From: Proteromonas lacertae | Taxonomy: Eukaryota | Assembly: GCA_002245135.1 (NCBI GenBank) | Contig: NGBS01001186.1 | Coordinates: 62,001 to 97,153 of the forward strand | Direction of reading: 5' to 3' | Length of the DNA: 35,153 nt | Part shown: positions 1 to 13,105 of the stretch, piece after piece | How the letters are laid out: each line of letters begins with the position of its first letter | How positions within the stretch are numbered: the stretch's first letter is position 1 | The notes under the pieces: model-generated | What the model was told of the DNA's origin: nothing | Database searches by the model: none | What the model saw: the letters and a program-made list of their open reading frames with translations, nothing else | Program-made: the position numbers and the translations under genes

Positions 1-29
<29 letters not shown>
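1..29. repeat. (TA)n microsatellite inside an intron of the MON2-like gene
   Basis: Pure TA repeat running into the TTTAG acceptor at 29-33. Confidence 0.9.
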
Positions 30-32
<3 letters not shown>

Positions 33-33
33 G

Positions 34-1476
34 AGTGAATCATCTTCTGCATCAGAAACACCTCGTGATGGAATAGCTGAAGAAAAAAGAACTGAATTAT
101 GGATTGATGTGTTGAAATGTTATGAAGATATTTGCACCAATACAAATCTAATCAAGCATCCTGACTTTTATGATATTGTCTCTCAGATTATAAAGAATCT
201 AAAAAATTTCCATGAAAGTTCAAAGTATATATAATATCATTATTATTTTTATTTAATAGAGAAAAAGAATTTTCTGATTCTCAATACTTAAGAAGATTAT
301 TCAACTGTTTTGTTAGTTTATTAGAAATGAGTGTAAAAGTACCAGATCCAAATAATGGAACTCCAAGAAAGAATGCAAAACCATCAATGAATCAAGTGCA
401 AAGGCAAGTTTTAGAATACTTAGAAAAAATATCTTTACCACCAAAGACTGAGATTTGGTGTTTATATATTGAAATATTACAGAAAATATTATTTAGTGCA
501 AATAACATCATATTTGAAAATAAGATAAAATCAATATTAATAACAACCTATCAGAATTGTCCAGTTGAGGCTAAAGCATTATCATTTGAAACAATGATCA
601 AATCCTTAACACGACTAATGGAAATAAGAAAAGGAAGAGGAGATGGTTCAACTGAAGAAAGTGAATGGAATACAATCATTGAAACAATAAATTCTGTAAT
701 TACCAATGGATTAAGAGCAGCTGTAACAGAATCTGAAAGAGTGACAGATGAATTGGTTAAAAACTCATGGAAAATGGTTTGTGAAGTTATCAAAACCAGT
801 TCAGTTCCTCCAGTGTCAGCCAATGATCTACAATTATTAAAAACAACAGTTTCTTCCATTGTTCCTTTAATTCCTGATGATTTAGTACCAGTTGATGCTC
901 AAGATTTGATTACTTCTACAATATTCAATTGTGCAAGTACATCTATTGGTGCTGATAGTACAATATCTAATGAAGAGATGGCAAAGTTATCAATTAGTTT
1001 GTTGATGGATTTCTGTGAAGATAAAGGTGATTCAATTCCTGCTTTATCTGTATATTATTTATTGACTATTATTCATTATAAATAAATAGATGGCAAAGAA
1101 AGCATTACCTCATTTACAAAGATTGTTAGAACAACTGCTAGAGATATTAACTGGCAAAGTAAATATTGAATTTGCTGATCCAAGACTAAATGAAGCAGAT
1201 CGTTTAGATTACTTACCTCATTATGGTCCAAAGAGTGTTTTAAGAGAACAACATAATGTAATTATACATTCACTTACCAGATTAATATCATTAAAGGTGA
1301 ATAATGCCGTATTACCTGATTGTCCAATTGAGAGTAAAGTTGAAGGTAAAGTTCCTGGATTAATTTGGAGATTATTCCCAAGATTGTGTATAAGCATAAA
1401 TACAAAGGATGAAGATATTAGAAAACTAATTCAGCGATTAATGGTGAAAGCTTCTCAAGAAATTGGATTATATTAA
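34..1476 (+). CDS. MON2: MON2-like (Golgi/endosome trafficking, Arf-GEF-related) protein, 3' part; the gene begins upstream of the window
   Basis: Exons 34-224, 260-1049 and 1090-1476 join in frame across GTAT..TAG introns 225-259 and 1050-1089. Helical protein whose C-terminus GLIWRLFPRLCISINTKDEDIRKLIQRLM resembles the Mon2 C-terminal motif (recalled, not searched). Confidence 0.55.
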
Positions 1477-3030
1477 ATAATGTATTTTCTATTAATCAAA
1501 AAATCATTCATATATATTTGTATGTTGTGTTGTTGGTTAATGGAGTATATCTGAAGTAGTTGAGAAAATATTTGAAGTTGGCATTACAGTTGAATTAAAA
1601 TATAGTAATAATTGTAGATATAATCCGCTATATCACTAACAATCCTTTTATTGTTCTTCAAGCTTTTTTTAAATATCAAGCTTTTTGAATTTTCTTTGTT
1701 TCTTTCTTAATTCTAATGAGCTAATTATCATGTTGTAGGGATTAAACAGAAGAAATGAGAATAGTTATAACAGTTAGATGCAAATTAAAAATTCGAGATT
1801 TAACACTAACCCTAAATGTAAATCAATTTCCTCCAAATGCTGAACAAAGAAATCGTAGTAATGATTAACAAGATTTGAGAACTATAAATAGTTTTATACT
1901 AAGTTATAAAAACATACAGATTGCTTATATTGTGGAGTTAAATTTGATGAATCAGACACAAATAAAAGAATAATACTGCATCATGATCATTTTAGTGGAT
2001 AATTTATAGCAATATTAGTTCAATTTGTAACTTTCACTAATCATAAACATTTACCAATTCCATGTATACCTCACAATTCATAAAATTATGATAACTATTT
2101 TGCCAGTAAACTAATATCATTTTTGTTATCCATCTGAAGGTAAATAATTAAAGCCTTTTATTGTTGTTAAAGGATAACAAATTAAGTCATACTAAACTAT
2201 TGAAAATGTTTGATTAACTGCATAGTCAGCTAAATAATATATTTAACAAATAGTAATATATGAGGATACTTTGTTTAATTATCTATATACTTCTTTATAC
2301 TTCATCAAGCAACATGGCTTTAATACTACTTTTAGATTGATTGAGTGCAGGTTGTTGCTATTGATAAGAACAAATGTTAAATAAATATAAAATTTTAGTA
2401 AAACAGTGTCTAATTCGAAATAAGAATTTATTAAATTGAAATATAACTTAACATTATATAGTCATTATCCTCAGGAATAACCACGTTTAAACCAAACTGT
2501 TGATATGAATTCTTTAGATTTAGATCTTGAGTAAATCTTACAGCGCATTCAACATTTACCATCTTTTTTGGTTTTTTTAACTTCATCTTTGCATTGAGGA
2601 TCTAAATTTAACATTTTTTGATTATGCTTTTTAGATAACTACAAAAATTGCTGAATTAATTATTTTCTATTAATCTTAGTGGTAAATTGTTTTCAACTAT
2701 CAAATTTATTATCATCTTATCGTTTGTTTGCTAATCAAAAATGGAGATTGATGTCTGAATTGTTTGCTTTTGATGTAGCATGAATAATTTTAGTAATTAT
2801 CATTTTTATTTATTTTTTTTAATTGTAATATCTAGTTAGCGATATTAAAAATTAATAAGAAATTTGATATGTAAATCTGACATTCATTTGACATTGAATT
2901 ACCTTACCTCTGTTTTAGAAGTTTATAGTTGTTTTATTAATACCAAATATCCTTGAATTTATGTATGGAGTTTATTCAAGCAATGTAACGGAAAATTATT
3001 ATTCCGCCATAAACCATCATCATTTTATAA

Positions 3031-6000
3031 ATGGCAGATACAGCAGATGGAGTAGATTCTATTATTTTTATACTACTATCGTTGTTTTGTGGAATTATAT
3101 TTAGAATGTGTTTGAAGTGGTCGTTTGTCCCATATTCCGCAATACTCTTATTAGTGGGTGTTTTATTCTCAATTATAAGTGAATATTCATCGTATATTTT
3201 AGTAATTGTAGTTTAATATAGTTCTCTCGAGAATGTTGTTGATATTTGGAGAAACCTGAATCCTCATCTAATATTTATGATTTTTATTCCACCTTTAATC
3301 TTTCAAAATGCAATATCACTAGACTTTCATATTATTAAAAGATCGTTATTACAAATCATTTGTTTTGCATTACCTTCTTCAATTTTAACCTTTTTATTTA
3401 TTGTTCCTTTTGCATATTATGGTACTATATAATTTGATTTATCTATGAATATAATTAGTCTTGCCATACAATTGGTCAATAGCAGCATCATTTTTATTCA
3501 CTTCAATTCTCTCAATTGTTGATCCTGTAGGAATAATATCAATATTGAATAATATTGGAACTCCTCATACACTGTCATTATTAATCGAAGGTCAATCTTT
3601 ACTGAACGATGGTTCATCAATAGTTGGTTTTGAAATCTCAATGAATTATTTATTGAATAAAGAAAGTGGAATAATAATGGCTATTGTTCTGCTTATTAGA
3701 TTAGTTATTGGTGGATTATTGTTAGGAATATTATGTGGATATACAACAATATTCATAATAACCTATTTTCGTGATAAAAGTATATCATTTAATGAAATTA
3801 TATATATATATATATATATATAATAGTTGGATTTGTTACACTGACATTTGTTGTTTGTTATGGTTTATTCTATGTATCAGAATTCACAACAATTAAAGTA
3901 AGTGGAGTTATAAGTTTAGTAGGATATGGATTAGTATTAAGTAGTGAAGAAAGTCTAAGAAGTGATAAAGAACATTTATTAGGTCATTTTTGGAGAATGT
4001 TATCCTATATGTCAACAACAGTTATTTGTATTCTATCAGGTACAATTATATTCAAACATTCATTCATATCCAAATCTTTACAATTGAGAGATTGGATGTA
4101 TTTATTGTTGTTATACATTATAATCAATGTTACAAGAGGTATAATTGTAATGATATTATATCCTCTATTAAAGCATCTTGGGTATGGCATAAGCCTTAAA
4201 CAATGTGTAGTTGTAATGTGGAGTGGATGTAGAGGTGGAATAAATCTTGTTTTAGCATTAGTTGTTTCAGCAGAACATAATTTATCAAGTGATGTAAAAG
4301 ATTATGTAATGTTTCATGTTGGTGGAATTGTGCTACTTACAATGTTAATAAATGCAACTACAATGGAATATATTGTTAAATTATTGCATTTAGTGAATAA
4401 TTCTGTTTGTCAAGTTCATTTGTTTGATGAAGATGGTAATAAATTATTTCATCATTTAAAACATATTATGCATGAAATTAAAACATCTCCATTTTTGTCA
4501 TCAGCTGATTGGAGAATCGTATGGAAATATATTCCTGATTTTACATCTGATTAGTATTGTTTCTATTTATTGTTTTTTTTTTTATTTAATAGTAAAGAGT
4601 TGAGAAGTCAAAATCATATACCAATATCTCATTCAAAAGTATTATTATATCTAATATATTGTTTATATATATATATTTCTTTTTTAATAGTTGAAATATA
4701 AGTCAAATGGTAGAATAACAACAACAACAAATCCATCAAATGAAGAGAAATATGTAATAAGGAAACACTTCTTGAGATTAATAAGAGCCAATTATTGGAA
4801 ACAGATGGATCATGGTTATTTATCTAAACGTTCTTTATTACTATTATTAGAAGCAAATTCTTGTTCAGGTGATCATTTAGAAGATAAAATACATCAATGG
4901 AAATATATAGATCAAAATACTTATTTACTAAAACATTTTAATGCTATGACTAAAATACCACTCATTAAATATCCAGTTAGAAAAATAATTATTAGTTGGA
5001 TAAAATCAATTTGGGAAGTAACAAGTTCATTTTTAATTGCTCATAATCAAGTTTATAATGAATTTATTGGTAAGTTAAATGAAGAGAATATATTAAGGAA
5101 AGAAGTATATGATGAAACGAATGAAGATAGAAATAAAGCTACTGAGTTACTATCAGATATTTATTTGAAATATCCTGAGTATTTATCTGAAGTTGAAGTA
5201 TTAATATTCTTGCTTATTATTATGGAATAGAGTATTAGAGCTGTAAATTTATTTCTGTCAGTATCAAGTAATTATTATAAACACTCTTATGAAAATGGAA
5301 GTATTGATGAAAATGAACAAAAAAGAGTGAATAAACTAATACAAAAAGCAAGTTCTTTACTTTCACAAAGATATAAACAGATTCGTCCATTAACAAAAGA
5401 AGAAGTTATATCTCAATTACCCCTTCTAGCTTTTATGGATTGTGAAGATGTACAATTATCACAAATTTGCTCTGATTTACTTTCTTCTTCAAAATTATTA
5501 ACTTTTTATAAAAATGATGTAATAATTAATGAAGGAGAATTGTCTAACGGAATTTATGTAATTCTAAATGGTTTAGTTTCATTCTCTCAACAACAACATC
5601 CATATCAGTCATATCACAATGATGAATCAATGAAATCGATGAGTAATTTAAAAAGTGTGAAAAGTATAAGAGATGATAAAGATTATATTGATTTGTTCAC
5701 ATATCCAACTATTTATACATTAGATAATAATTTTAACAACATAATTCATGAAAGTATTGTTTTCTCTATTATTGTAACATATAGAGATGTTTGGTTCTAT
5801 GTCTTGTATATCTTCAAATCCAAGTTATTACACAGCCACAACTAAATCATATAAAACTGAATTGCTAATTATTCCAAAGTTAGAAGTGTTGAATATGATG
5901 AAAAATAATGAAGTGTTTGAATTAGGTTTTTGTAAGTATATTATAAATCAAGTATTAAAAAACATATATCCAGATGAATTAGAAGAATATACAGATTCTC

Positions 6001-6366
6001 AAGTATATTGTTCTCTGTGAAATTATTGTTTTTTTATATGTATAGATTCGGTTTATAATATCAAATGCAAAATTAATAAAAATAGAAAATCATCTAAGCA
6101 AACCATTGTTATCAGGTTATTATATAGTTGTATCAGGTGAAATTATTTTCGTATATAACAATAAGCCAGTTCATTATCATCCATTTGATAAATTTTTTAT
6201 TGAAAGGATTAATGATTATGAAATAATTCACACTCTTAGATTATTTAAAATTCAACTTCCAGATTTTTCAGATAAATCTCCTAGCGGGCTTTATGAGGAA
6301 GAAAATTGTAATAACATTAAACGATTTATAAGATCTCAGTCAATGATTAATATAGTTCATAAGTAG
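3031..6366 (+). CDS. CPA1 Na+/H+ antiporter, SOS1/SLC9C-like, with C-terminal cyclic-nucleotide-binding-like domain
   Basis: Multi-exon (introns e.g. 3192-3221, 3422-3458, 3780-3826). Spliced protein has NPHLIFMIFIPPLIF, SIVDPVG, LIEGQSLLNDG, VSGVISLV, WSGCRGGINLVLAL, TMLINATT, then a cytosolic region and CNBD-like VIINEGELSNGIYVILNG. Confidence 0.9.
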
Positions 6367-6559
6367 AAAAGTGATAGAGAAGATAATTGATTAATAATCA
6401 ATATACATATTTTTCTTTTTAAATGCTATTTTTTTATTTTTTATGTAATATTATAAGAAACAATATAACTATTTATGTAAATATCAATAGCTTTATGTAA
6501 AAACAGAAGTTTGTGAAGCAAGCTTTTAGGTTTGATTTTTATTATTTTAGGAATAATCC

Positions 6560-8626
6560 ATGCAATCTACGACAGCGCTAACTGTTGGGCAAGATTTAGT
6601 ATTACCTTATATTTTTATGATTTCAATCTAGAGCCAGTTGGCTGTTAATGTGCCATATATTGTAAGTTCGTTGGTTTTATTTTATAGGTTACTTCTATCA
6701 ACACGTCTGAAAGTCATTCATATGTTGTAAGGAATAAAGAAAATAACCAAGAAGGCTATCTTACTGTAATTAATTTAAGAGGGTTGGATCCAAAAGTAAT
6801 CGAGAATTTTGTATATAAATTGGGATATTATTTATCGATAGAATGAAAGCTACAAGAAGTACACTAAAGACAAAGATCATTTTGATGATCAAAACGCCAT
6901 TTATTTGCAAGCATATCAAGCAATGTTTATGATAATTCCTTACCAGTTTCAACCGCTAATATCCAAGAATTTTGATGAGTTTCAAAATAAATATCGAATT
7001 GACATTATGGAAGGAGTTGTAAACTGTTTAATCAATTTAGACGCTCAGAATATGTGTCATGGTTCATTAAACCCAACAAATATTTCAGTTCATGAAGGAA
7101 AAGACCAAAGAACTGTAATTAAGCTGAGAAATTATGGTATTTATCAAATCAGAAATACAGCTGATTTAACCTACGAAGAATGTACATTTTTAGCTCCAGA
7201 AATCATTTTAGGTCAAGAAGTAACCAGTAAAACTGATTTATGGAGTTTAGGCTGCTTAATGTATTATTTGTCCACAGGTAGAAGATTATTCCACGCAGCA
7301 AATATCAGAACCTTAGTGAACAAGATAATTAAAGCAGATTATACAATATCTTGTTATGAATGTAATGAAAAAGAGAAATCGTTAATCAGAAAATTGGTAA
7401 AAAGAGAAAAAGAAATGGATGTACGTGAGGTAAAGAACTTTGTAGAAAAAATGAAAGATGAGAAATTTGAACCAGATAGTGATGATATTACACTTGAATA
7501 CTTACGTCAAATGGCTGCACATAATGTTGTTATACCTGATAAAGAAAGATTAGCTGTAGTTGGTCAAACCCAAGGTTTGTTAGATGCTGTAATAAATGAG
7601 TATAACTCATTACAAAAAGATGATCCTAAAAAGACTTGGTTTTTAGGGTTAATATTGAATTTAGCATTTTTACCTATTTATTATGATGATATTAAAGCAA
7701 AATTAAACACCGAAGATGGAAGTAATCATCAAGCTTTATTCAGAGCATTAACAACTCAAGGAAAACGAGCTGCAGATGATGATACTGATAAAATATGTAT
7801 TGTGTTTAGTAAAATGTGCGTAAATTGTAAAGATAGAAAAGATGGTCAACCTTTGTTAATGGAATTTTGTAGGATATTACCTGCATTAACGAAACTGCAA
7901 GAATTAGAAGTTACTAGTAATAGCATCAAAGATCCATTGATGAAGTACATGGCATCTAATTTTGAGTGGAAGAATATGGAATTCTTGAGAGAAATCAATG
8001 TAAAAGGTGATCAACTTGGTCAAGATTCAATGAAATTGTTTGCTGACACTTTATCCACAGGAATTGGTCCTGAAAACTTGAGAACATTATACTTAGAAAT
8101 GAACAATATTGGAGATAGAGGTATTTCATATTTAGTATCAAGATTGGGAAATATTCCAAAGTTAATGGAATTGTTACTTGGTAATAATGATTTAAGTGAC
8201 GAAAGTGTAAGAATGATAGGTAAAAATTTATGCAGAATGCCACATTTACAGCGATTAACCCTTGGCTCAAATGCAAAGATAACTGATGCAGGTGTAATCT
8301 ATTTATTAGATCATTTGCATTATTGTCCTTATCTTACTACTTTATTCTTAAATGGAATGAAATTAACAGATGCTGTTGTTGATCCAATGTGTAACTACTT
8401 ACAAAGTAAAAAGAATAAATATATTCAGTATTTGATAATGAATAATAACGAATTGAGTGATGATGGAGCACAGAAGTTGGTTAATGCCATTGGAGTAACT
8501 AGAAAAGATAGTTGTTGTTCAAGATTAGCCATATTTGATCTTAATTCTAACAAAAATATTACTAATAAGGATAAGATATTAAGTATCTTTAAAACAGAAA
8601 AACCATGGTATCAATTTACAGTTTAA
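6560..8626 (+). CDS. Pseudokinase fused to RNI-like leucine-rich repeats
   Basis: Three short 5' introns link ATG 6560 to ORF 6905-8626. Kinase-fold motifs FLAPE and DLWSLGC are present but the catalytic motifs are degenerate (HGSLNPTN, RNYG). C-terminal repeats LYLEMNNIGDRG, LLLGNNDLSDES, LIMNNNELSDDG. Confidence 0.85.
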
Positions 8627-8751
8627 ATAATTGATAAACATTTCTAAACATTTATTGAATTTTATTGCGAAATTATTTGTTGTTTGTATTACACCGTTTA
8701 TATTTTAATTATTGAAACATGTTTTTCAAAACGACTATATTTTAATTGGAA

Positions 8752-10011
8752 ATGGAATGTGTTATTTTCTCTATTACTGTTGTGTTTAGTGTTATATTTA
8801 CGATATTTTTTGTTATTATTACTGTTTTTACTATATCTGTTAATAAAAACCATACTATATGCTTCCGAACAACTCAATTAACTGAAATACAACTCAAACC
8901 TGATGTTTTCGTTATTAATGGATTTTATGATTATCGAATTAATTCAGTCAGGCTGTTTATTTACAGTCCAAAACATTTTTCAAAATTAACTTGTTATCTG
9001 AAGTATAAATATGTTGTAAAGAAGTGCAAATATTATTATAAGCCATATAGAACGTTTGATACTCCATATGGTCATTTGTTAATCAAAAATAGGAATATTA
9101 ATATTTCAGAATATGTAATATTAGACAATCAAAAGATTAAAGTGAATATTGCATCTGAAAGAGTAAATAAATATAAATTAACCGTTTGTATATGTAAAAT
9201 GATCAACTTTACAGCTGTAAATCGATTTATTCAAACAATAGAAGCTTATAGACGATTTGGAGTTGATCATTTTACAATCTATTTAACAAGTGCATCTGAT
9301 GAAGTAATGAAAATAATGAAATACTATCAATCTCTAAATTTGATAGAATTGATAATAGGAAACACAGTATTTGAATATGACAGATTTATGATAGAACATA
9401 TGTATGGTCAACTAGGAAAAGGAGATGATTGTATTTATCGAAACATGAAACAATCAAAGTCAGTGATAATAGTAGATTTAGATGAAATAATTTGGCCTGT
9501 AAAACACAATACATTGAATGAAATGATTAAATTCTATAATAATACATACAATGCATTTTCATTTCGAAGTTTCCACTTTCATACAGAAATAGTGAATAAA
9601 AATGATTTATATTATCATCATCTTCCTGATACAGATATCTTTCTATATCATGAATATTGTATATATAAACCTGGTTATGTAATGAAGAATATATATACAA
9701 AACTTGATGTAATATATTCAATCTTTATTCATTGGGCTATAGATTATACAAAAGATTATAAGGAATTGACTGTTCCTTATAATATAGCCTATATTCGACA
9801 TACAAGAAGATTACAGTTTGTAAAAGATGATTATTGTGAATCAAATTGGGAAATGATGAAAATAGATAAACGAGAAAATGAAATAAATAATGCAGTAATT
9901 AAGATAAGAAAAATACTGAATATCAAGCCTCCTACAACAATACAACCAATTGTATTGAAGAATACAGTAAAACATGTAAATAGAAAGCAAAAAATTCATT
10001 ATTATAAATAA
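8752..10011 (+). CDS. Glycosyltransferase family 92 (DUF23)-like type II membrane protein
   Basis: Single exon with N-terminal TM helix; motifs KLTVCI, IEAYRRFGVDHFTIY, GQ...DDCIYR and DxD motif IVDLDEII. Confidence 0.8.
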   Translation: MECVIFSITVVFSVIFTIFFVIITVFTISVNKNHTICFRTTQLTEIQLKPDVFVINGFYDYRINSVRLFIYSPKHFSKLTCYLKYKYVVKKCKYYYKPYRTFDTPYGHLLIKNRNINISEYVILDNQKIKVNIASERVNKYKLTVCICKMINFTAVNRFIQTIEAYRRFGVDHFTIYLTSASDEVMKIMKYYQSLNLIELIIGNTVFEYDRFMIEHMYGQLGKGDDCIYRNMKQSKSVIIVDLDEIIWPVKHNTLNEMIKFYNNTYNAFSFRSFHFHTEIVNKNDLYYHHLPDTDIFLYHEYCIYKPGYVMKNIYTKLDVIYSIFIHWAIDYTKDYKELTVPYNIAYIRHTRRLQFVKDDYCESNWEMMKIDKRENEINNAVIKIRKILNIKPPTTIQPIVLKNTVKHVNRKQKIHYYK

Positions 10012-10060
10012 TCGATAATTTAATTTTTTTATTTATTTCTTATAAATTATATTTACTTAA

Positions 10061-10991
10061 TCAACTATCTCTCTCTTTAATAGTTATTTTTCTACCTTTT
10101 TCAATTCCCAAAGATTTAGCAAATTCATTCAATCTATTTTTTTCTTTTTCTTCATTCTCTTTTGCTTCTTTTATTAAATCAAGTTGTCTTTGAGTTTTCT
10201 TTTCTTTTTGTTGTTTCATTTTCTGTTTCAGAGAGGAAAAATCAACATCTCCTTCATTACCCAATATAAAGTTATCTGATAATTCAACCAAACCTTCTTT
10301 ATTTTCATATTCTTTCCTCATTTTGTTGGATAATTTTTTCTTTTCTACATGTTTTTCATGACCAGCTGCAGGAGGTGGAACAAGTTCATCTAATGTCTAT
10401 AATAAAAAAATATAGATAGATAGTTATACATTCTTCAAACTTGATTCATATTGTTTTGCCAGTTTTTTCTCTCTTTCAATTTCTCTTTCTTTCTTTAATT
10501 CTTTATCATAATCATCTTCACTTGGTTTTATATCTATAATTCTAGAGTTGTCCTTACTACTATCATATGGCTATTGTTATACATTCATAAATACATCATA
10601 TATACAGTGTTTGTTAATTTAGTAACGAGGTCTTGAAGTCTTGAAATTTCTAATTTTTCATCATCTGTCATTCTGGTCGTGAATTCCCATATATAATCTG
10701 TTCTTTTTACTTTTTCAATTTCCTATACAAATAATATTCAGTATTCTAATACAAAATCAGAAAAACCATTGTAATATTCATTGGGAAGTTTTTTATGATT
10801 CCATTCACTTTTAAATTCTTTAAAATACTTCCCTAATTGACTAATTTCCTCGTGCAGAGCATATTTATTGCTAATACAGTAATATTATCACAAACATACT
10901 ATTTTCGGAATAACCATATTCTAAATTCTAAAAAATGTGTATAAAAATGAGTATATTTTATTTTATGTATCTTATGTGGATTAGATGGCAT
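10061..10991 (-). CDS. Conserved protein with style cell-cycle inhibitor 1 (SCI1)-like N-terminal domain and charged C-terminus
   Basis: Spliced from ATG 10991: MPSNPHK...LEFRIWLFRKY...KYFKEFKSEWNHKKLPNEYYNG...KRTDYIWEF, matching the EFxxWL / FxxxWNxxxLxxxYYxG / RTxxxW pattern I recall for SCI1-like proteins. The last exon includes ORF 10061-10321. Confidence 0.6.
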
Positions 10992-11060
10992 GAAAAATGA
11001 TGAAAATAATTATTGAAAACTTGAGGAGAATCAAATCTATATTATATATTATTGTTCATT

Positions 11061-11417
11061 ATGAACAAGGTTAACAAAATTATTTATATATTAATCATTT
11101 TTTTGGTATCTATATACTTTTACTATCATTTAGGTTAATGTAATTAATAATACATATGCAATTAGACATGTTCCAAGTATTTTTATGTTTATATTATTAT
11201 AAAAATAGGACCTAATGAACAAAAAACTGGAGAATTAATGATGCACAGATTTAAAATGATATTATTGCTTTTATTTATTCCAATGTTTCTAGCAGGTATT
11301 TTCATTTTAATTCGTGATCCCAACACCCCTGTTGTTGTTAGACTTATGTGGAAAAGGTTTAGGAAATGGTTTAAACGAAATATACTCAGAAATAAAAGTC
11401 ATTCTCATAAAAAGTAA
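11061..11417 (+). CDS. Small (~98 aa) signal-peptide plus single-TM membrane protein, not in the ORF track
   Basis: Exons 11061-11105, 11134-11176 and 11209-11417 join across GTAT..TAG introns of 28 and 32 nt: MNKVNKIIYILIIFLVNVINNTYAIRHVPRPNEQKTGELMMHRFKMILLLLFIPMFLAGIFILIRDPNTPVVVRLMWKRFRKWFKRNILRNKSHSHKK*. Confidence 0.75.
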
Positions 11418-11550
11418 TGTAATTATGTATGTATATGTTATATTTCTATTAATATTATCTTTAAAAAAAAAAACATATTATACAGAAAATAGCAACATCT
11501 TTTAAATATTCATCTAAAAATTCAGTGTAATTGTTGATTATTAATATATT

Positions 11551-13018
11551 TTATGCTTTATTAGCATCAGCTTCTGGTGCTGGTGGTATTTTTTTACCTT
11601 CCTTTTTAGCTAAAGCTCTTTGTTGTCTTTCAGCTTGATAATTCACTTTCTTATCTTTCACAAATGGAATAAATGTAGTTCCACCCATATAAGGCACTAA
11701 TTTCTCAGGAACAGTAACACCTTCAGGAGTTTGATAATTCTCCAATACTGCACAAATTGTTCTGGTTAAAGCACATAATGTTGAATTTAGCATATGAACA
11801 TACTTCTTCTCTTTATCATCTACCTTCTTTCTACCTAATCGAATATTAGTAGCACGACTTTGATAATCTAAGCAGTTAGAACAACTGACTAACTCTCTAT
11901 ATTCACCATATCCTGGATACCAACCTTCTAAATCATATTTCTTTGAAGCTGCATTATTCAATGCACCAGATACAATAGCTACAACTCTATAAGGAATACC
12001 TAATGATTCATAAAACTCTTTTGATACTTGAATCATAGCATCATGCATTTCCCATGACTTTTCAGGTGAACAAATAACAAATTGTTCAATTTTATCGAAT
12101 TGATGTACTCTAAATATACCCCATGTATCTTTACCATGAGCACCAGCTTCTTTTCTGAAACATGTACTAAATCCAGCATATTTAATAGGTAATTGATTCT
12201 CTTCTAACCATTCATTCATATGGAAAGCACAAAGTGGTTGTTCACTAGTTGCTATTAAGTATTTTTCATCTCCTTCTTCGCCAGTTACATGGTATAATTC
12301 TTCATCAAATTGTTCTAATTCTGCTACGCCACTCATTACATCTTTATTCATAAAGAATGGTGGGATTACTGGTGAATAACCTCTTTCCATTAAGAAATGC
12401 ATACCATAAGATACTAATGCTTGATTTAATAACACGGCATAATCTCTTAAGAAATAAGCACGATGACCTGCAACATTGACACCTTTTTCTGGTTCATATC
12501 CATTGATCATATGTAATAACTCGTGATGGTGAAGTAATTTACCTTCTGGATTTGGTTTACATTCACCCCAACTAGCTACTGTTACATTGTTTACTTCATC
12601 TTTGAATATTGGTACTGAATCGTGGATTAAATTTCCGATTTTGTTTAATTCTTTATCTCTCTTTTCAGCAAGTTCATCACATTTCTTTTGTTGCTCAATG
12701 ATTTGTTCACTGACTTTGTTGACTTCTTCTCTTTCAGCATCACATGGTTCACCTTTCTTCTTCTTTTCACCAATCTAATTACACAATAAATCTTATATCT
12801 ATACAGCTTTGCTTTTTACACGTTTTTCTGCATTTAATTTATCAAGTTGAAACATTGCTTCTCTCCATTGCTATACATTAATTGATAAAATATACTTTAT
12901 CTAAATCCATTACAACATCAACTTGTTCAACGCTTGCAAATCTTCTTCTTTGAGATTCTCTTACAAGGTCTGGATTTCCACCTTTCTCAGGTCGTAATAA
13001 GTTTATATCGATTGGCAT
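11551..13018 (-). CDS. SARS1: Cytosolic seryl-tRNA synthetase
   Basis: MPIDINLLRPEKGGNPDLVRESQRRRF start; introns 12871-12895 and 12775-12804; class II motifs YLIATSEQPL, CFRKEAGAHGKDTWGIFRVHQF, ELVSCSNCLDYQSR, VHMLNSTLCA. Confidence 0.97.
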
Positions 13019-13105
13019 ATTGAAAATGCAGAATTGAATTACGAAACGAATATATTTTTTAAATATTTTGGAAATAAATAATTTCACACAGAAAAATAAA
13101 AATAA

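Noticed and set aside
10061..10063. TGA ending the SCI1-like gene as a possible Sec codon
   Set aside because: No SECIS-like fold downstream, no Cys/redox context, and the convergent GT92 stop is 50 bp away.
11551..13018. Functional linkage of SerRS (which charges tRNA-Sec) with the selenoprotein gene
   Set aside because: They are 17 kb apart with unrelated genes between; no evidence beyond coincidence.
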